The translations under genes were made by a program, and so were the position numbers. Under the pieces are notes generated by a model. That model searched no databases. It was not told where the DNA came from and worked only from the letters and a program-made list of their open reading frames with translations. Shown one piece after another: positions 1-14,186 of a DNA stretch of 64,000 bases (the stretch's first letter is position 1; each line of letters begins with the position of its first letter). Origin of the DNA: Octopus bimaculoides (lineage: Eukaryota); contig NC_068993.1 of assembly GCF_001194135.2 (NCBI RefSeq), positions 56,213,906 to 56,277,905 on the forward strand, given 5' to 3'.

Positions 1-9
1 ATATATACG

Positions 10-66
<57 letters not shown>

Positions 67-108
67 GTAGATATATGTATATATATGTATATATATATAT
101 ATATATAT

Positions 109-140
<32 letters not shown>

Positions 141-321
141 AATATATATGTGTCTATGTCTATATATATGTGTGTGTATGTATGTGTATGTATACATATA
201 TATTGTATGTAAACAAATATAATATCAAACATATACACACATACTATGCGTGTGTATAATGCACTTATACGCAGACATGTTTGTATGTTCGTGTAAATGT
301 GTCTTAATATTCAATGTACAG

Positions 322-706
322 TTCACCTGGGCCCAGAAGACACGTTTGACTGAGACTTGTGTGCAGTGAGGTGGAAAGGCAAGACAAAGGAGGACACCAA
401 TAGAGAGAGAGAGAGTGTGTGTGTGTGTGTGTGTGAGAGAGAGGGAGAGAGAATAACAGGGAGGGAGAAAGTAAAAGAGAAACAGAGAGACGGGTAAATG
501 AGAGAGACGGGCAGACAGACAGTAGGAAAAAAAGCTATGGAGGATATAAGAAAGATTACAAATAGGAAATGAGAAAGACAGACAGACAGACAGATAGATA
601 GATAGACAGACAGACAAACAGACAGGTAGGTAGATAGATAGATAGATAGATAGGTAGGTAGGTAGGTAGATAGACAGACAGACAGGTAGGTAGTTAGGTA
701 GGTAGG

Positions 707-755
<49 letters not shown>

Positions 756-880
756 GGATAGATCGATAGACAGACAGACAGGTAGGTAGGTAGGTAGATA
801 GATAGATAGACAGATAGGTAGGTAGGTAGATAGACAGACAGGTAGGTAGTTAGGTAGGTAGGTAGATAGATAAATGGATG

Positions 881-952
<72 letters not shown>

Positions 953-1199
953 GACAGAATCGGAAGGAATACGAAAGAGTGAGAAGGTTAGTGTGTAGAT
1001 GAGAAAAATTAGAGACTGGGTATAGAGAAAGAGCGATGTGTGTGTATGTGGGTGTGCGTGTGTTTGACATTATTCAGTTTATTTCAAGATTTCTTGTCAA
1101 TAAAGAAAGAATCGGTTTCTAACCTAGATCCAAGGCTTCTTCATTGGAATTTCAACATCAACAACAGGGTATGTATGTATGTATGTATGTATGTATGTA

Positions 1200-1239
<40 letters not shown>

Positions 1240-4200
1240 CACATACGTGTGGAGGGAGGGTAAGAGGAAAATGATATGGAGAAAGACAGAGATAGAAGAC
1301 AAAGAGGGAGATACAGGTGACGGCCGAATAAACAAAGAAAGAGGAATTTATAGTCACTGATTAAAAAGATTTTGTTATAGCAGTTAATGTCGTTGTTGTT
1401 GTTGTTACTTGTGGTGGTGGGACAGAGCCGGGTAAACGGAGAGAAAGTATAAAAATTGCGATAAGGAGGCGAAGCTTAACACAATCTATAGAACATAAAC
1501 GGCAAAGTGGATGTGGTTAAGAAAATGAAAGAGAAAGTTAAAAGTGTGAGGGAGGTGGGGGAAGTATGGCGCTTGTGATTTCACAGATAAATTGCAACGG
1601 TAGGAGGGGTAAGGTAAGAGAGATAGTGAAACTGACGGTGAGGAAGTGAAAGTGTGTAGGAGAAGAGAGAACAAACAGAGAACTGAGAGTGTGGGAAGGG
1701 TCGGACGGAAGTGGGGGGGGAATAATGAAAGAGAGAGAGAAGGAACTAAGAAAGAAAACAGACGGACTGATATGATAGATGAGAAGACAGAGAGAGAGGG
1801 GGAGGAGAGGGCAATGTGAAGGAAGAGGAGGGCTCTTAAGAATGTTTGGGGGTCAAACATATTGAATCGAACATTGTTTGCGACCTGTTGTATTCAGAAG
1901 CTGGAGTTAAACACACGGCCCACTGCATCACCAACAATAGAAGGTACAAGCCAACGAGACGATATGGCCGCCACCTGACCCGCAAGCAATAGCAGCCAAA
2001 ACTCCTTCAATTCGATTTGTACGCTCTTAAAACGGGACACATTTGACAGTGTAATCCTCGGGATGGTCCTACCTGGAATGCCTTTGATTATTGGTTTGCT
2101 TGAAAAGGGCTGACTCGGGGTTAAACGACATAGTAGGGATTTCGGAGTTGTCTCAAGTGAAAACATTGATCATTAATGTTAATGAGTCATCTTTGCATTT
2201 CAGATTCGATTTTAATGAACATGCGGCAATTTGGGCGTTTCGTTACATTAAATGTGATAGCCTACACTTAGTTATATATTCCTCATGCAGAAGGCATCCA
2301 TGGCATCCTCCACTCCGTCGCATTGACAGAGAACAGTGTGTTGTAGGGATAACGATAAGGGGAGAGGTTGATTGGGGAAAATAATGAAGATGGTGAGTGA
2401 GTGAGTGAGTGGGTGAGTGAATGAGTGAGTGAGTGAGAGCTAGTCAGAGACAGGAGTAAAAAGGGTAAGAGAAAGATGTGGAGGAGATAGAAGAGAATAG
2501 AAAGAGAGGTGATAAAAAGTGAAAGGGAAAGAGAAAAGGTGAGAGAAAACGAGGGAGAGCAAAACGAACAAAAACTAGGAAGAGAAAAGGAAAAAAAAAA
2601 TGAAGATATAGGCACAGGAGTGGCTGTGGTAAGTAGCTTGCCTACCAACCACACGCTTCTGGGTTCATTTCCACTGTGCGTGGCACCCTGGGCAAGTGTC
2701 TTCTACTATAGCCTCAGGCCAACCAAAGCCTTGTGAGTGGATTTGGTAGATGGAAACTGGAAGAAGCCTGTCGTATATGTATATATATATGTATGTGTGT
2801 GTTTGTGTGTCTGTTTGTCCCCCCCAGCATTGCTTGACAATCAATGCTGGTGTGTTTACATCCCTGTAACTTAGCGGTTCAGCAAAAGAGACCGATAGAA
2901 TAAGTACTAGGCTTACAAAGAATAAGCTCTGGGGTCGATTTGCTCGACTATAATCAGTTTGTGCCAGTTATGAGGTCAAGCATCCCTGGAAGTTTCATCT
3001 GAGTCCATCCGGTGGTTCTTGTGTTATTTTGTCCACGAACAACAAACAAACAAACAAACGCAACTGAAAACAAGACCTCCGCCTTTGCTAAAGCAGAAGT
3101 AATGATAATAATAATGTGTACAAGACTATACACAACAACAAAAACAATATGAAACAAAAGCACTCAGAGAGTGCAAACCTTCACCAAGGTAACACCAAGT
3201 TGGGTACTGGGGTTGATCTAATTGACCAGTACACAACTGGTATTTAATTTACTTGTCTGGTGTGCTAACGATTCTGCCAGCTCACCGCCTTAAACAACAT
3301 GAAATAATACTAACTTAATTGTAATATAATTATAATGGATGGTGACATGTACTTAATTAGAGGTAATATTTGTGTCAATATTAACAAAAACGTTAGCAAA
3401 TAAAGACAAAAGGATATTTTCCACCAACAGCAGATGTGATATAATTTTCAAGTGACCGCATAGCTTAAAGCAATCCACAGATTGTCTCTATTCAGCATGT
3501 GAATTACTATGAAAGTTTGGAAAGTATTAAGACTCTACTCCCTGGAGTGAGTGAAGAACAGAAAATTATACAGTGAATACATACATTAATATGATGGACG
3601 TTAACACAGTATTTGTTTGGTATGACCATTGCTTGAAACAAACTGCAAAGGGAAAATGAGTTTTGAGCCAGGCTTTTAGCGGAACTTTCGTTTAAATGTT
3701 TCTTCTTATTTAAATATTGCGCAAAACTATAAAAATAAGTACAGTGTACAGATATGTGTCGTTGACCCTCCATCCCCACCCCCACCCTCCACCACCATTT
3801 CATCCAACCAATGGAAACAATTTTTATTGCATGACTGGTAAACATATTCTTTCAAGTGGCAAAGAATTTAACAGGTGCATGCTTATTTACCCATGCATAC
3901 ATAACACACACACATATATTTATGCGTGAATGTGTATATGTATACACACATACACACACACATTTATATATAAATTTAAGGCACATGGCCTAGTAGTTAG
4001 GTCATTACACTCACAATTGCTGGATCATGGGTTCAATCCCCAGGTGTTGTATTCTTGAGCAAAACTCTCATTTTCTGCAATGGTCTTCCATCTATCTGGT
4101 AGACTTGCAAGGCCCCACTTCCAAAATTCACTTGTCTGTGATGAAAAATACTCCTCTAGTACTGTTCTGACCAACCACATGGTTCCGTGTTCAGTCCCAC

Positions 4201-4297
4201 AGCATGGCACCTTGGGCAAGTGTCTTCTACTATAGCCTCGGGCCAACCAAAGCCTTGTGAGTGGATTTGGTAGACGGAAACTGAAAGAAGCCCATTG

Positions 4298-4330
<33 letters not shown>

Positions 4331-7300
4331 GTGTGTATATGTTTGTGTGTCTGTGTTTGTCCCCCCAACATCGCTTGACAACCGATGCTGGTGTGTTTAC
4401 GTCCCCGTAACTTAGCGGTTCGGCAAAAGACACCAATAGAATAAAGTACTAGACATCCAAAGAATAAGTCCTGGGGTCAATTTGCTCAACTAAAGGCAGT
4501 GCTCCAGCATGGCCGCAGTCAAATGACAGAAACAGGTAAAAGAGTAAAAGAGAGAGTTACTACCTGCTTTTATAGCAAGTTGATGCAGGTAGTTTATCCT
4601 GTCCCTCTTCGACTTTTAGTTCATGCAATTGAAAATCTGCATTTTGCATGAGATAACCCAATACGTATACATGCATATATGCATACATATACATACAGCT
4701 CCCGTGAACCGTCCTAACCATACATGCATGGTAGATGGATGTTAAACGATGTGTGGGTTTCTGTGTATGATTGAATGTTACCTGTATGTTTAATTATGCA
4801 TGGTTTTGTTAGCCACTAAAAGATATATGAACCAAAACAAGTTTAGTTCTTTGTCACTTGAAAGAATAATTGCTTGCCAGTCATGCAATAAATGCTGTCT
4901 CTATTGGTGGCAGTGGGTGAAAAGACACATGTCTGTACACAGTAGCTAACTGTCATGATTTTGCACATTTAAATAAGGAAGAAATATTTTAGCAATAGCT
5001 GTAATAAAAGCTGATCATTAACCTGGTTAAAAAGTCATCTTCACTAATCTGCAGTTTGTTTCAAGCAATGAAAGCAACAGTTGTACTCAATACTGAGCTC
5101 TACAATCAGTTTGAAATTACATTGTAAGTAAACTGTTGGTGAAGAAAAATTATATTTGTTTTTATTTGCTAGCTTATACATATATACTTATATATGTATA
5201 TGACCCTTTTGTTTGCCACCACTGGACCCTACAACAGGATGAAAAGTGTCACCCCTTTAAAAGTACTGTCCCTACTCCCCCCCCCCCCCTGCTATGCTAG
5301 CCCATGTATGACTTATTTTTGTCAGCTGAGTAGACAGGAGCAAATGTGAAATAAAGTGTCTTGCAGAAGGATAGAATGTACCACTGAGAATCGAATCCGT
5401 GACCTTATGATCCTAAGCTGAATACACCAATCCCTGTAACCCTTCACACCTTCACACTGCAGCCATTAATCACAAGTAAAAGCTCCCATGCCAGCATGGA
5501 AGACAGACGTTAAGTGATGATGATGATGATGATGATCACAGCTTCCAATAGTACTCTGTTGATTTCAACAATGGCTATTCAGTTGTTTAATCAATTATAT
5601 TTCCTGCCCATTTAATTAGTGTAGAAGTGGCTGAGCATTCCACAGACATATGTACCCTTAACCCTTTAGCATTTAAACCAGCCTTATCTGACCAAAATAT
5701 TCTACCTTTTTTATGTTCAAATTGGCCAGATCCTGCCTCTCACACCTATCCTACAATGTCATTCTAAAAACAAACACTCAGATCATTGACATCTCAAAGC
5801 TGCAAGATAATGCCTGCTTAATTCGAAACAAAGTGAATAAATAAGCCTTACATTTGACAGAGACATCTGGATGCTAAGCAGTTAATATAATAAATAAATA
5901 ATAATAAATGCGCCCTTTTAAAGCCTAGCCAGGCTCATGGGCCCTGTTTCCTGGTTTCTATGGTGTATGTGTTCCCCAGCTGGACGGGAGGCCATTCCAT
6001 CGCAGCGTTACTCATTTTTGCCAGCTGAGTGGACTGGAGCAATGTGAAATGAAGTGTTTTGCTCAAGAACACATGTTGCCCGGTCCAGGAATCGAAGCCA
6101 CAATCTTACGATCATGGTGCTGACACCCTAACCACTAAGCTACGCGCCTCCACAGTTAATTTAACACTCAAGCAGAAACAGTAAGATAGAGCTTATGACA
6201 AGATGCACAATCCATCAAAAAAAACTTTTACATGGTTTCTGTCTCTCTATCTACTCAGTTTTGATCATAAAGCTTGAATCAACCTGGAAGCTATAGAAAA
6301 AGACACCCAATGGGGGGCTGAACTCTGATACTCAGTTTTTAGAAGCAAACTTCTTAACCAGCTAGCCATACTGCATTAACATAACCACTATTAGCTGTTA
6401 ACACTCCCATTATTATCGTCACCAATCTAACTATTATAAGCATATAACAATAAATGCTAGCATATGTCGTTTTTATAACTGTGTCATTGTATTTCTGTTG
6501 CTTTTCATTTTTTCCAGTGATCCATGTTCTCTTCAACAAACAAAAACAAAACACTCTGAAGCTCCTAATGTATGAATGAGATAGGACAACAGGTGCAGCG
6601 ACGAACGTATGGTGAAAAAAAAAGCTTGTTTTGCAACTATACAGTTCAGATCTGATGTTACAGTGCAGCTCTTTTGATGTCACAGTGCAGCTTTTTTGGT
6701 GTCACAGTGCAGCAACATAGCCCAGGTTCAACCATAATTTATGAGTAAAATTCGGTAACTGAAAATGGTGAGGAAGGCTCAAAGATGGATTGCAGTTTCA
6801 GTTGTTGGATAGTAGGCTTAATCTATACCAGATTTAATATCAGTTTCAAATTTTGGTACAAGACCAGCAATTTTGGACAGGAGAAAGTCAATTATATCAA
6901 CCCCAGAGCACAACTGGTACTTATTTTATTGATCTCCAAAAGGATGAAAGACAAACTGGACCTCAGCGGAGTTTGAACTCAAAACATAAACATGAACTGC
7001 TGCTAAGCATGTGGTCCAGCATTCTAACAATTCTGCCACCTCATCACCCTACACCAGATTTAACCCTTGCAATACCAACCCGGCTGAAACCACCTCTGGT
7101 TCTGTAGTATAAATGTCTTGTTTTCATAAGATTTGAATTAAAATCTTCCACCAAACCTTAGTCACAATTTCAGGGTCAATTAAATAAGTACCAGTTATGC
7201 ACTGAGGTTGATGTAATTGAGTTAATCCCTTTGTCTGTCCTTGTTTGTCCCCTTTATGTTTAACCCCTTGTGGGCAATAAAAAAATAAATAAATATTTTT

Positions 7301-8213
7301 TTATTTTTTACTTGTTTCACTCATTAGACTGTGACCATGCTGGTGCATTACTTGAAAAATTTTTTAGTTTAATGAATTGACCCCAGTTCTATTTAAATTT
7401 TTTTTTTAACCTGATACTTATTCCATCAATCTCTTTTTGCTGAACTGCAAAGTGACAGGGATGTAAGCAAACCAACACTGGTTGTCAAGTGGAGGTGGAG
7501 GACACACACACACCATGACAGGTTTCTTTCTGTCTCTATCTAACAAATCCACTCAAAAGGCTTTGATCAGCTCGAGGCTATAATAGAAGACACTTACCCA
7601 AGTTGCCAAGCAATGGGACTGAACCTGGAACCTTGTGGTTAGGAAGCAAACTTCTCTACCACACAACCACACCTGTACGATGAAGCATACTAAATTTTCT
7701 TTCATCCACAAATTATATACTTGTAAAATAGAGTGCATCTTATGCAGGAGTGCATCTTATACACCAGTAAATGTGTCAACTCATTATATCCAGTTCTCCT
7801 CCATAGAATGCCAAGAAAACCAAGCTCAAACAATTTGTGAGTGGGACTGCTAAGGTTAGAGGCATAACTACTTCACCCTCATAACATAAGTTTTTGTTGT
7901 CCTGTCCAGTAGCCAGGTTCCCCACCCCACTTGCTTAAACATAACATACCATTGTCCACAGCAAATACATGTACAGGAAGTGGTCACCCTGTGTGGTCTA
8001 CACACTCCACACAACATCACTGCTTCACTCAAATGAAACTATTGAAATAAAAAAATAATAATAATAAACATTATCAATGTTGTGGTTATTAAACAGGGTG
8101 AGGGCTTCCCTTTGAAGAAGAAGGACATTGTGAATTCACAAAGGGTGGCTGCTATAGGAAGTGCTGTGTGTTCAGAGAGGGTCTTCATTTATCTTGGGCT
8201 TAAAACATTTAAG
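322..8213 (+). CDS. Unidentified multi-exon gene, internal part (hand-built, 160 aa open)
   Basis: Candidate AG/GT exons 322-365, 1078-1168, 3496-3572 (alternative donor at 3546), 5055-5123, 6518-6569, 7807-7836, 8097-8213 join in phase without stops: [160 protein letters not shown]. No homolog recognised. Confidence 0.45.
570..955. repeat. Compound tetranucleotide microsatellite (GATA/GACA/GGTA)n
   Basis: Direct reading; source of the 281-aa LSIY-repeat ORF. Confidence 0.95.
2612..2952 (+). mobile_element. SINE family A
   Basis: tRNA-like head GGAGTGGCTGTGGTAAGTAGC...GGGTTCATTTCC, core GGCAAGTGTCTTCTACTATAGCC...GTGGATTTGGTAGA, internal (TA/TG)n. Confidence 0.8.
4175..4550 (+). mobile_element. 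SINE family A
   Basis: Near-identical to the 32274-32620 copy. Confidence 0.85.
5658..5885. mobile_element. TTAA-flanked MITE, same family
   Basis: TTAACCCTTTAGCATT start, decayed GATGCTAAGCAGTTAA end, shared internal CCTCTCACACCTATCCTACAATGTC. Confidence 0.7.
7300..7680 (-). mobile_element. SINE family A, inverted, decayed
   Basis: Reverse complement of the family core; a further inverted copy lies at about 8265-8643. Confidence 0.75.
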
Positions 8214-9729
8214 GTAGACAGCATTTACACTTCAACCATATATGATACATGAATACACATCTCTTGTCTTTTACCTTTTACTTGTTTTAGAGGCCATGCT
8301 GGGGCACTACTTTGAAGAGTTTTTAATTGAATGAATCAACTCCAGTATTTAAAAAAAAAATCTGGTACTTATTCTATCAGTTTCTTTTGCCAAATTGCTA
8401 AATTATGGGGATGTAAACAAACCAACACAAGTTGTCAAGTGTAACACACACACACACACACACATAGATAGATACCCATGCCAGCATGGACAACGGATGT
8501 TAAATGATGATGATGATGATGACAACAAGCTTTTTTCAGCTTCAGTCTACCAAATCTACTCACAAGGTTTTGTTCAACCTGAGGATAAAGTAGAAGACAC
8601 TTGCCCAACGCGTTACGCAATGGGATTGAACCAGGAACCATGTNNNNNNNNNNNNNNNNNNNNNNNNNNNNNNNNNNNNNNNNNNNNNNNNNNNNNNNNN
8701 NNNNNNNNNNNNNNNNNNNNNNNNNNNNNNNNNNNNNNNNNNNNNNNNNNNNNNNNNNNNNNNNNNNNNNNNNNNNNNNNNNNNNNNNNNNNNNNNNNNN
8801 NNNNNNNNNNNNNNNNNNNNNNNNNNNNNNNNNNNNNNNNNNNNNNNNNNNNNNNNNNNNNNNNNNNNNNNNNNNNNNNNNNNNNNNNNNNNNNNNNNNN
8901 NNNNNNNNNNNNNNNNNNNNNNNNNNNNNNNNNNNNNNNNNNNNNNNNNNNNNNNNNNNNNNNNNNNNNNNNNNNNNNNNNNNNNNTGTGTGTGTGTGTG
9001 TGTGTGTATAAATATATATATGCAATTCCTTGTATTGAAATATTGAATTATAAAAATATAGGAGTTCTTAGACATCGGCTGGCTATGAGGGTCCCTCTCT
9101 ACCCCCTACTGAATAAAATAAGAATCAAAGGGGTCCATAGGCAAAACATTGTTGCGGACCACTGTTTCAGAGAGTATGATGTATAATTTGAGGGAGAATT
9201 GCCTGCTATTTCTAGTCTGTCAAGTGACTGTGCAGTGGCTCCCTGGTGCACTCACTGAAGAGCGAAGAATGACTACAATGGTGTGTGATTATTATAGACA
9301 TACCAGTCATAACCTACTCCTTCACGTTCATTCAGACACAGGGTAAATACAACCACTGATTTATGATCAAAGACTTTCCAATCATGACCTACTGGCTTTT
9401 TTTTTTTTTTTTTACAAGACACAGTGCATCCAGGGATTACATTGTCCAGTGTCTACTTCTTTTTAAAAGGCAGTACACTATGATTTGAAGTGTATGATTT
9501 GGCTGCTATTTCAAATGACCACCTTAGAGACTTGTACTTAGAAAAATGATCTTTTTCTTCGTTCTCCTCACCACTCCCTCCCTCCCTCCTCCTCTCTCTT
9601 GTTCTATTTCCCTTTTCTTTAAGACATCTCCCTCCATTTCTTTCCATCTCTTATTTCTGGACTGTTCTCCGTCTCCTCCCCCAGTTGTCCCTATACTATT
9701 CCATACATGCAAATGTGTGTATGCGCACT

Positions 9730-9975
9730 TACACAGACACACACACACATACATACATATACACATATATATGTATACATATACACATATATATATAAAC
9801 ACATACACACATATATATACATATATATATGTATATGTATATATATATGTGTGTATATATATATATATATATACACACACACATACATACATATATATAT
9901 ACGTATATATATACATACACACACACATATACATACACATACACAGATCTATATACATACATACATATACATACC

Positions 9976-10038
<63 letters not shown>

Positions 10039-10065
10039 ATACACATGTATATACAGACATAGACA
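9730..10065. repeat. Compound (TA/CA)n microsatellite
   Basis: Direct reading; source of several YI/HT-repeat ORFs. Similar tracts at 1-200, 14126-14340, 29310-29420, 32617-32700, 48295-48365. Confidence 0.95.
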
Positions 10066-10289
10066 CGTCTGTGTGTCAGTGTGCATGTCGTGTATGTATG
10101 TAACAATGTACGAGGCACGTGCCATGAGTAAAAAACACCCAGAATATGCTGTTGGCATTTCTATAGTAAATTATCCAGTAAAGAGAACTTATTAGCATAA
10201 GGACAATAATAGAGCAGATTTCTCAGGTTCCTGTTTGTATTATTTAAATAACAATATCAGGCTCTCACCTGATCTGTTTTGAATCACAG

Positions 10290-10390
10290 AAAATAAGGAT
10301 GAGAAACAAAAGGGTTTACTTTTTTTGCAATACATTCACACAGCTTTCCTTGCTTCTGTTCGTGCGCTGCTTTACATTCTGCATTACTTT
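10290..10390 (+). CDS. Probable further exon of the unidentified gene (NKDEKQKGLLFLQYIHTAFLASVRALLYILHYF)
   Basis: Acceptor ctgatctgttttgaatcacag, donor TTT|gtaaga, open reading in phase 1 to 0; needs an unlocated phase 0-to-1 exon before it. Confidence 0.4.
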
Positions 10391-11410
10391 GTAAGACTGC
10401 TTTAGACAATTTCTTAAGAAACCTATTGTGTATTCTTTTATTCCTTTATTCTTTTGCTCGTTTCAGTCATTTGACTGCAGCCAAGCTCGAGCTCCACCTT
10501 AGAGGGTATTTTAGTACGGATTCTATCAGTCTGTTTTGCTGAACCGCTAAGTTGCGGGGACTTTAACACACCTACATCGGTTGTTAAGAAATGGCAGGGG
10601 TACAAACACAGACACATAAATTTACACCCACTGTAGCGGGGTTAGTGGGGATTAGGGTCAACACTTTTGGGTCTGTTGTATAAGCTTAATGGGGCGGTCG
10701 GCAGCAAATTCAAGTGCTAGCGCTCTAGCTGTTACTGCACACCCGAACACATTTTTGAAAAGGACACCTAGGGTAACGTAGTCCAAGATATACTGTGTCT
10801 CAAAACAAATAAGATAGTCAATGCTGGAGTCCCTTTAACCACAGGTCTATTTGATCAATGCAAAATCGAGGCTAACGACGGCAGCAGCAAACAACAAATG
10901 AAAACATTTATGATAGTCGACTGGAGTCATAAAGAAATAGCTTCGTCAATATGTGTGGCTAAAAACGAAATCATTACATTCGATAATAATGATAGAAAAA
11001 AAAAAGAAATCGAAATAAGACAATAAATATATACGATAAATGGAAATAACCTTGTCGGTAGCATTTTCAAAATTTCCGCCAAAACTGTCAACTCTGATAT
11101 CCATTGGTTACGTTCAAATAATCATACAACTTCCAATCATTTGTTTCAGAAGTGTATTTAGAAATCAGCCATTTTGAATGGACATGAAACATTCGACATA
11201 TTTGTTTTCCTTTCTTATTATTACAGTTTGTGCGGAAAGTTTACGATTAGCGTTTGTTACGCTGTGGATGCTGTTTCGCGGCAGTTTCACAGCAGAGCAA
11301 AAGTCACTGCGATGTCATATCAAAATGAAAATGAAAGAAAATACAAAAAACAAAATGAAGACATCTTTCAATGAATGTCTAAATATATACGTATGCTTGA
11401 GCTACAGTAG

Positions 11411-11750
11411 AGGCACAATGGCCCAGTGTTTAGGGAAGCGGACTCGCGGTCATAGGATCGTGGTTTCGATTCCCAGACCGGGCGTTGTGAGTGTTTATTG
11501 AGCGAAAACACCTAAAGCTCCACGAGGCTCCGGCAGGGGATGATGGCGAACCCCGATGTACTCTTCCACCACAACTTTCTCTCACTCTTACTTCCTGAGT
11601 TTCTGTTGTGCCTGTAATTCAAAGGGCCAGCCTTGTCACACTGAATATCCCCGAGAACTACGGGTACACGTGTCTGTGGACTGCTGTTCCGTTGATTGGA
11701 TCAACTGGAACCCTCGTCGTCGTAAGCGACGGAGTGCCAACAACAACGCT
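11411..11750 (+). mobile_element. SINE family B (tRNA-derived head with A/B boxes)
   Basis: TGGCCCAGTG (box A-like) and GTTTCGATTCC (box B), tail GACGGAGTGCCAACAACAAC. Confidence 0.8.
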
Positions 11751-12079
11751 TAAGATAAGGTTAAGTCAAACGGCCTTTGTTATCAAAATTTGTAGGTTCC
11801 AATTAATTAATAATAATCCGCTTATTAGAATCAAAGGTTCAGATATTTATATTCAAATGTATTACTAATAAGTCCAAAACCAAGATCTTTCCTTGTGCGA
11901 TTGTTGACGGCGATCACAATTTCAAACTAGAGAAGATTCATAAGCAAAGAATTCTACATGTAACATACGTTATGTACAAATTAAAACCTCCAGAGGTTAC
12001 AGTAGAATTTTAGGCCAACATAGATGTCACATTTGGTAAAAGTTATCAATTCTCTCACGACATCAAGGAAGTATTCATG

Positions 12080-12470
12080 AATTAGCATTAGAAGTACTAA
12101 TGAAAAGCAAGAGAAAAAAGAAAAGACATAGATCACCGATGACATTCTGAGCCTATGTAATAAGGATGAGACTTGAAGGTATCAAAATAGCAGATCGTTA
12201 AGCAACTCAGAAATACGGCATCGTGAATAAGAAAGTAATTGAAACCAACGAGTAGAAACAGAACAACATGGTAATATTCGAAGCTTAGATAAAGAATGGC
12301 AACAGACTGGCTGCTTTTGAGATTCTAATACGGCCAACAAGTGTGAAGTAATTCTTTACTAACATCATTGAGGATATACAATAAAGGCTCTCTCCTCGCA
12401 GACGAGATTGTAAATTAACAAAAGACAGACTGAATATTGCACAGGACTTCCGAACTATCAACTTGTAGCG
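12080..12470 (+). mobile_element. Degraded RTE/BovB-like LINE fragment
   Basis: Fragments ITDDILSLC and KRQTEYCTGLPNYQL resemble RTE linker motifs WIT.DIL.LC and RWTEYC..LYNY.L. Confidence 0.55.
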
Positions 12471-14125
12471 AGTGCGAGACTGTTGTCATTGACGGACTAG
12501 GCTTAAATAGTCAGAAAATGTCTCATACACCGGTTTTCAACGATTGGTCTCGTGACCTGGTCATGTGATGGTGTAAAATCCGTTTGTTGAGATTGGATAC
12601 GTTAGTTGTCCAATCAGATCACTTGACAGACCAACCAAGAGGGGCAAAATATATTGTTTGCTCGCTGGAGCCCCTAATCATCTTTAAATAGAAGGATCTT
12701 TCCTATTTTCACCAGTGAGGAAAGTTATTTTGCATTTAGCTTTGACGTGCTACGTGTGTTCTCGTTTGTCATGCACCTGTAAGCAGAGAGGATATGAAAG
12801 ACTCCGAGAAGGGATGTTACGTATTTCTGTTCCCGTCTGTCCAGCACACATCACCAAGTTTCCGACTGATTTGAGAAATAAATATGTATACTTTCTTCAG
12901 CCAGTATTATTCATGATGTACCAACAGTTGCTGTACCAATTTATTTAGCGGTTGAATAAAACCTAGCAGTTAATTCTCAGAGCTCCCGATCTTACTTGCT
13001 CTGATTTTGTTTGTAAAGGCCCTAAGGCTCTTTCTTGTGACTCATCGCACGGTTGGCATAGTTATTAGGGTTTCTAATGTCGCTGTTGGGTAAGCGATGT
13101 ATGATAAAGTATGCAGCGTATATTGTAAAGCAATACCGCGAACATTTAACCGATTTTAAGAGAAGGCTAAGCATGTATACATACATAAATTATCAAATCG
13201 TTAAGGTAACGAGACTAGCTTGCAGGGAATGACTTAACTGTATTTGTTCGGCCATTTTTTTATCTGGAAAGAGAGAGATAAAAAGATTCGAGTCCGCGAA
13301 ACTTGTTAGTCTTTTTCTTTCTTTTTTTTCTTGGTTTGCCTGGTGAGAACCGAGATCTATTCTGCTTGAAACACTAACGGCACTCTACCATGATTTAGGC
13401 GCCATCTGCTTAAATGGTGAAAAAGGCACGGATCTCAAGAATATATGAGTTGATGTTCACAACATGGCTTCAAGCTGATGGGTCGATTGATTTTTAGATT
13501 GTTCACCTGAAAATGGTGTGGTTCATTCATGACGCCGAACTGGTAATTTCGCATTTGGTGTTCAAATCCCAACACTCTTTCAAACTTTTCAAGAAATCCA
13601 AGTAAAACTGTCTATTGATTAATCGTCTGATCGTATGACAACGTGGAATAAATGCATGACGAAGGCCTTCCAAAAAAAAAAATATATATATATATCAGTA
13701 TCATCTTCATATTTGGGTGACTCGGGCAGCTTGGTTGGGGTGGGGGCGTTTTTAAGTCTCTCTCACTGTAACGATGATCCAACACACTACCACTTACTAG
13801 CAGTCGGCCCCGGGCGGCACTTTTCATNNNNNNNNNNNNNNNNNNNNNNNNNNNNNNNNNNNNNNNNNNNNNNNNNNNNNNNNNNNNNNNNNNNNNNNNN
13901 NNNNNNNNNNNNNNNNNNNNNNNNNNNNNNNNNNNNNNNNNNNNNNNNNNNNNNNNNNNNNNNNNNNNNNNNNNNNNNNNNNNNNNNNNNNNNNNNNNNN
14001 NNNNNNNNNNNNNNNNNNNNNNNNNNNNNNNNNNNNNNNNNNNNNNNNNNNNNNNNNNNNNNNNNNNNNNNNNNNNNNNNNNNNNNNNNNNNNNNNNNNN
14101 NNNNNNNNNNNNNNNNNNNNNNNNN

Positions 14126-14186
<61 letters not shown>

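Noticed and set aside
225-1070. 281-aa ORF and similar LSIY / YI / HT / CV-repeat ORFs throughout
   Set aside because: Translations of (GATA)n, (TA)n and (CA)n microsatellites.
1894-2166. 90-aa minus-strand ORF
   Set aside because: Overlaps the dispersed repeat motifs ATCAAAGGCATTCCAG and TGGCTGCTATT seen elsewhere in the window.
11411-11490. tRNA gene candidates (also 55580-55650, 56482-56545)
   Set aside because: A/B boxes continue straight into SINE bodies; no complete cloverleaf seen.
11178-11501. ORF with a signal-peptide-like start (MDMKHSTYLFSFLIITVCAES)
   Set aside because: The hydrophobic stretch is a polypyrimidine tract and the ORF runs into a SINE; no donor support.
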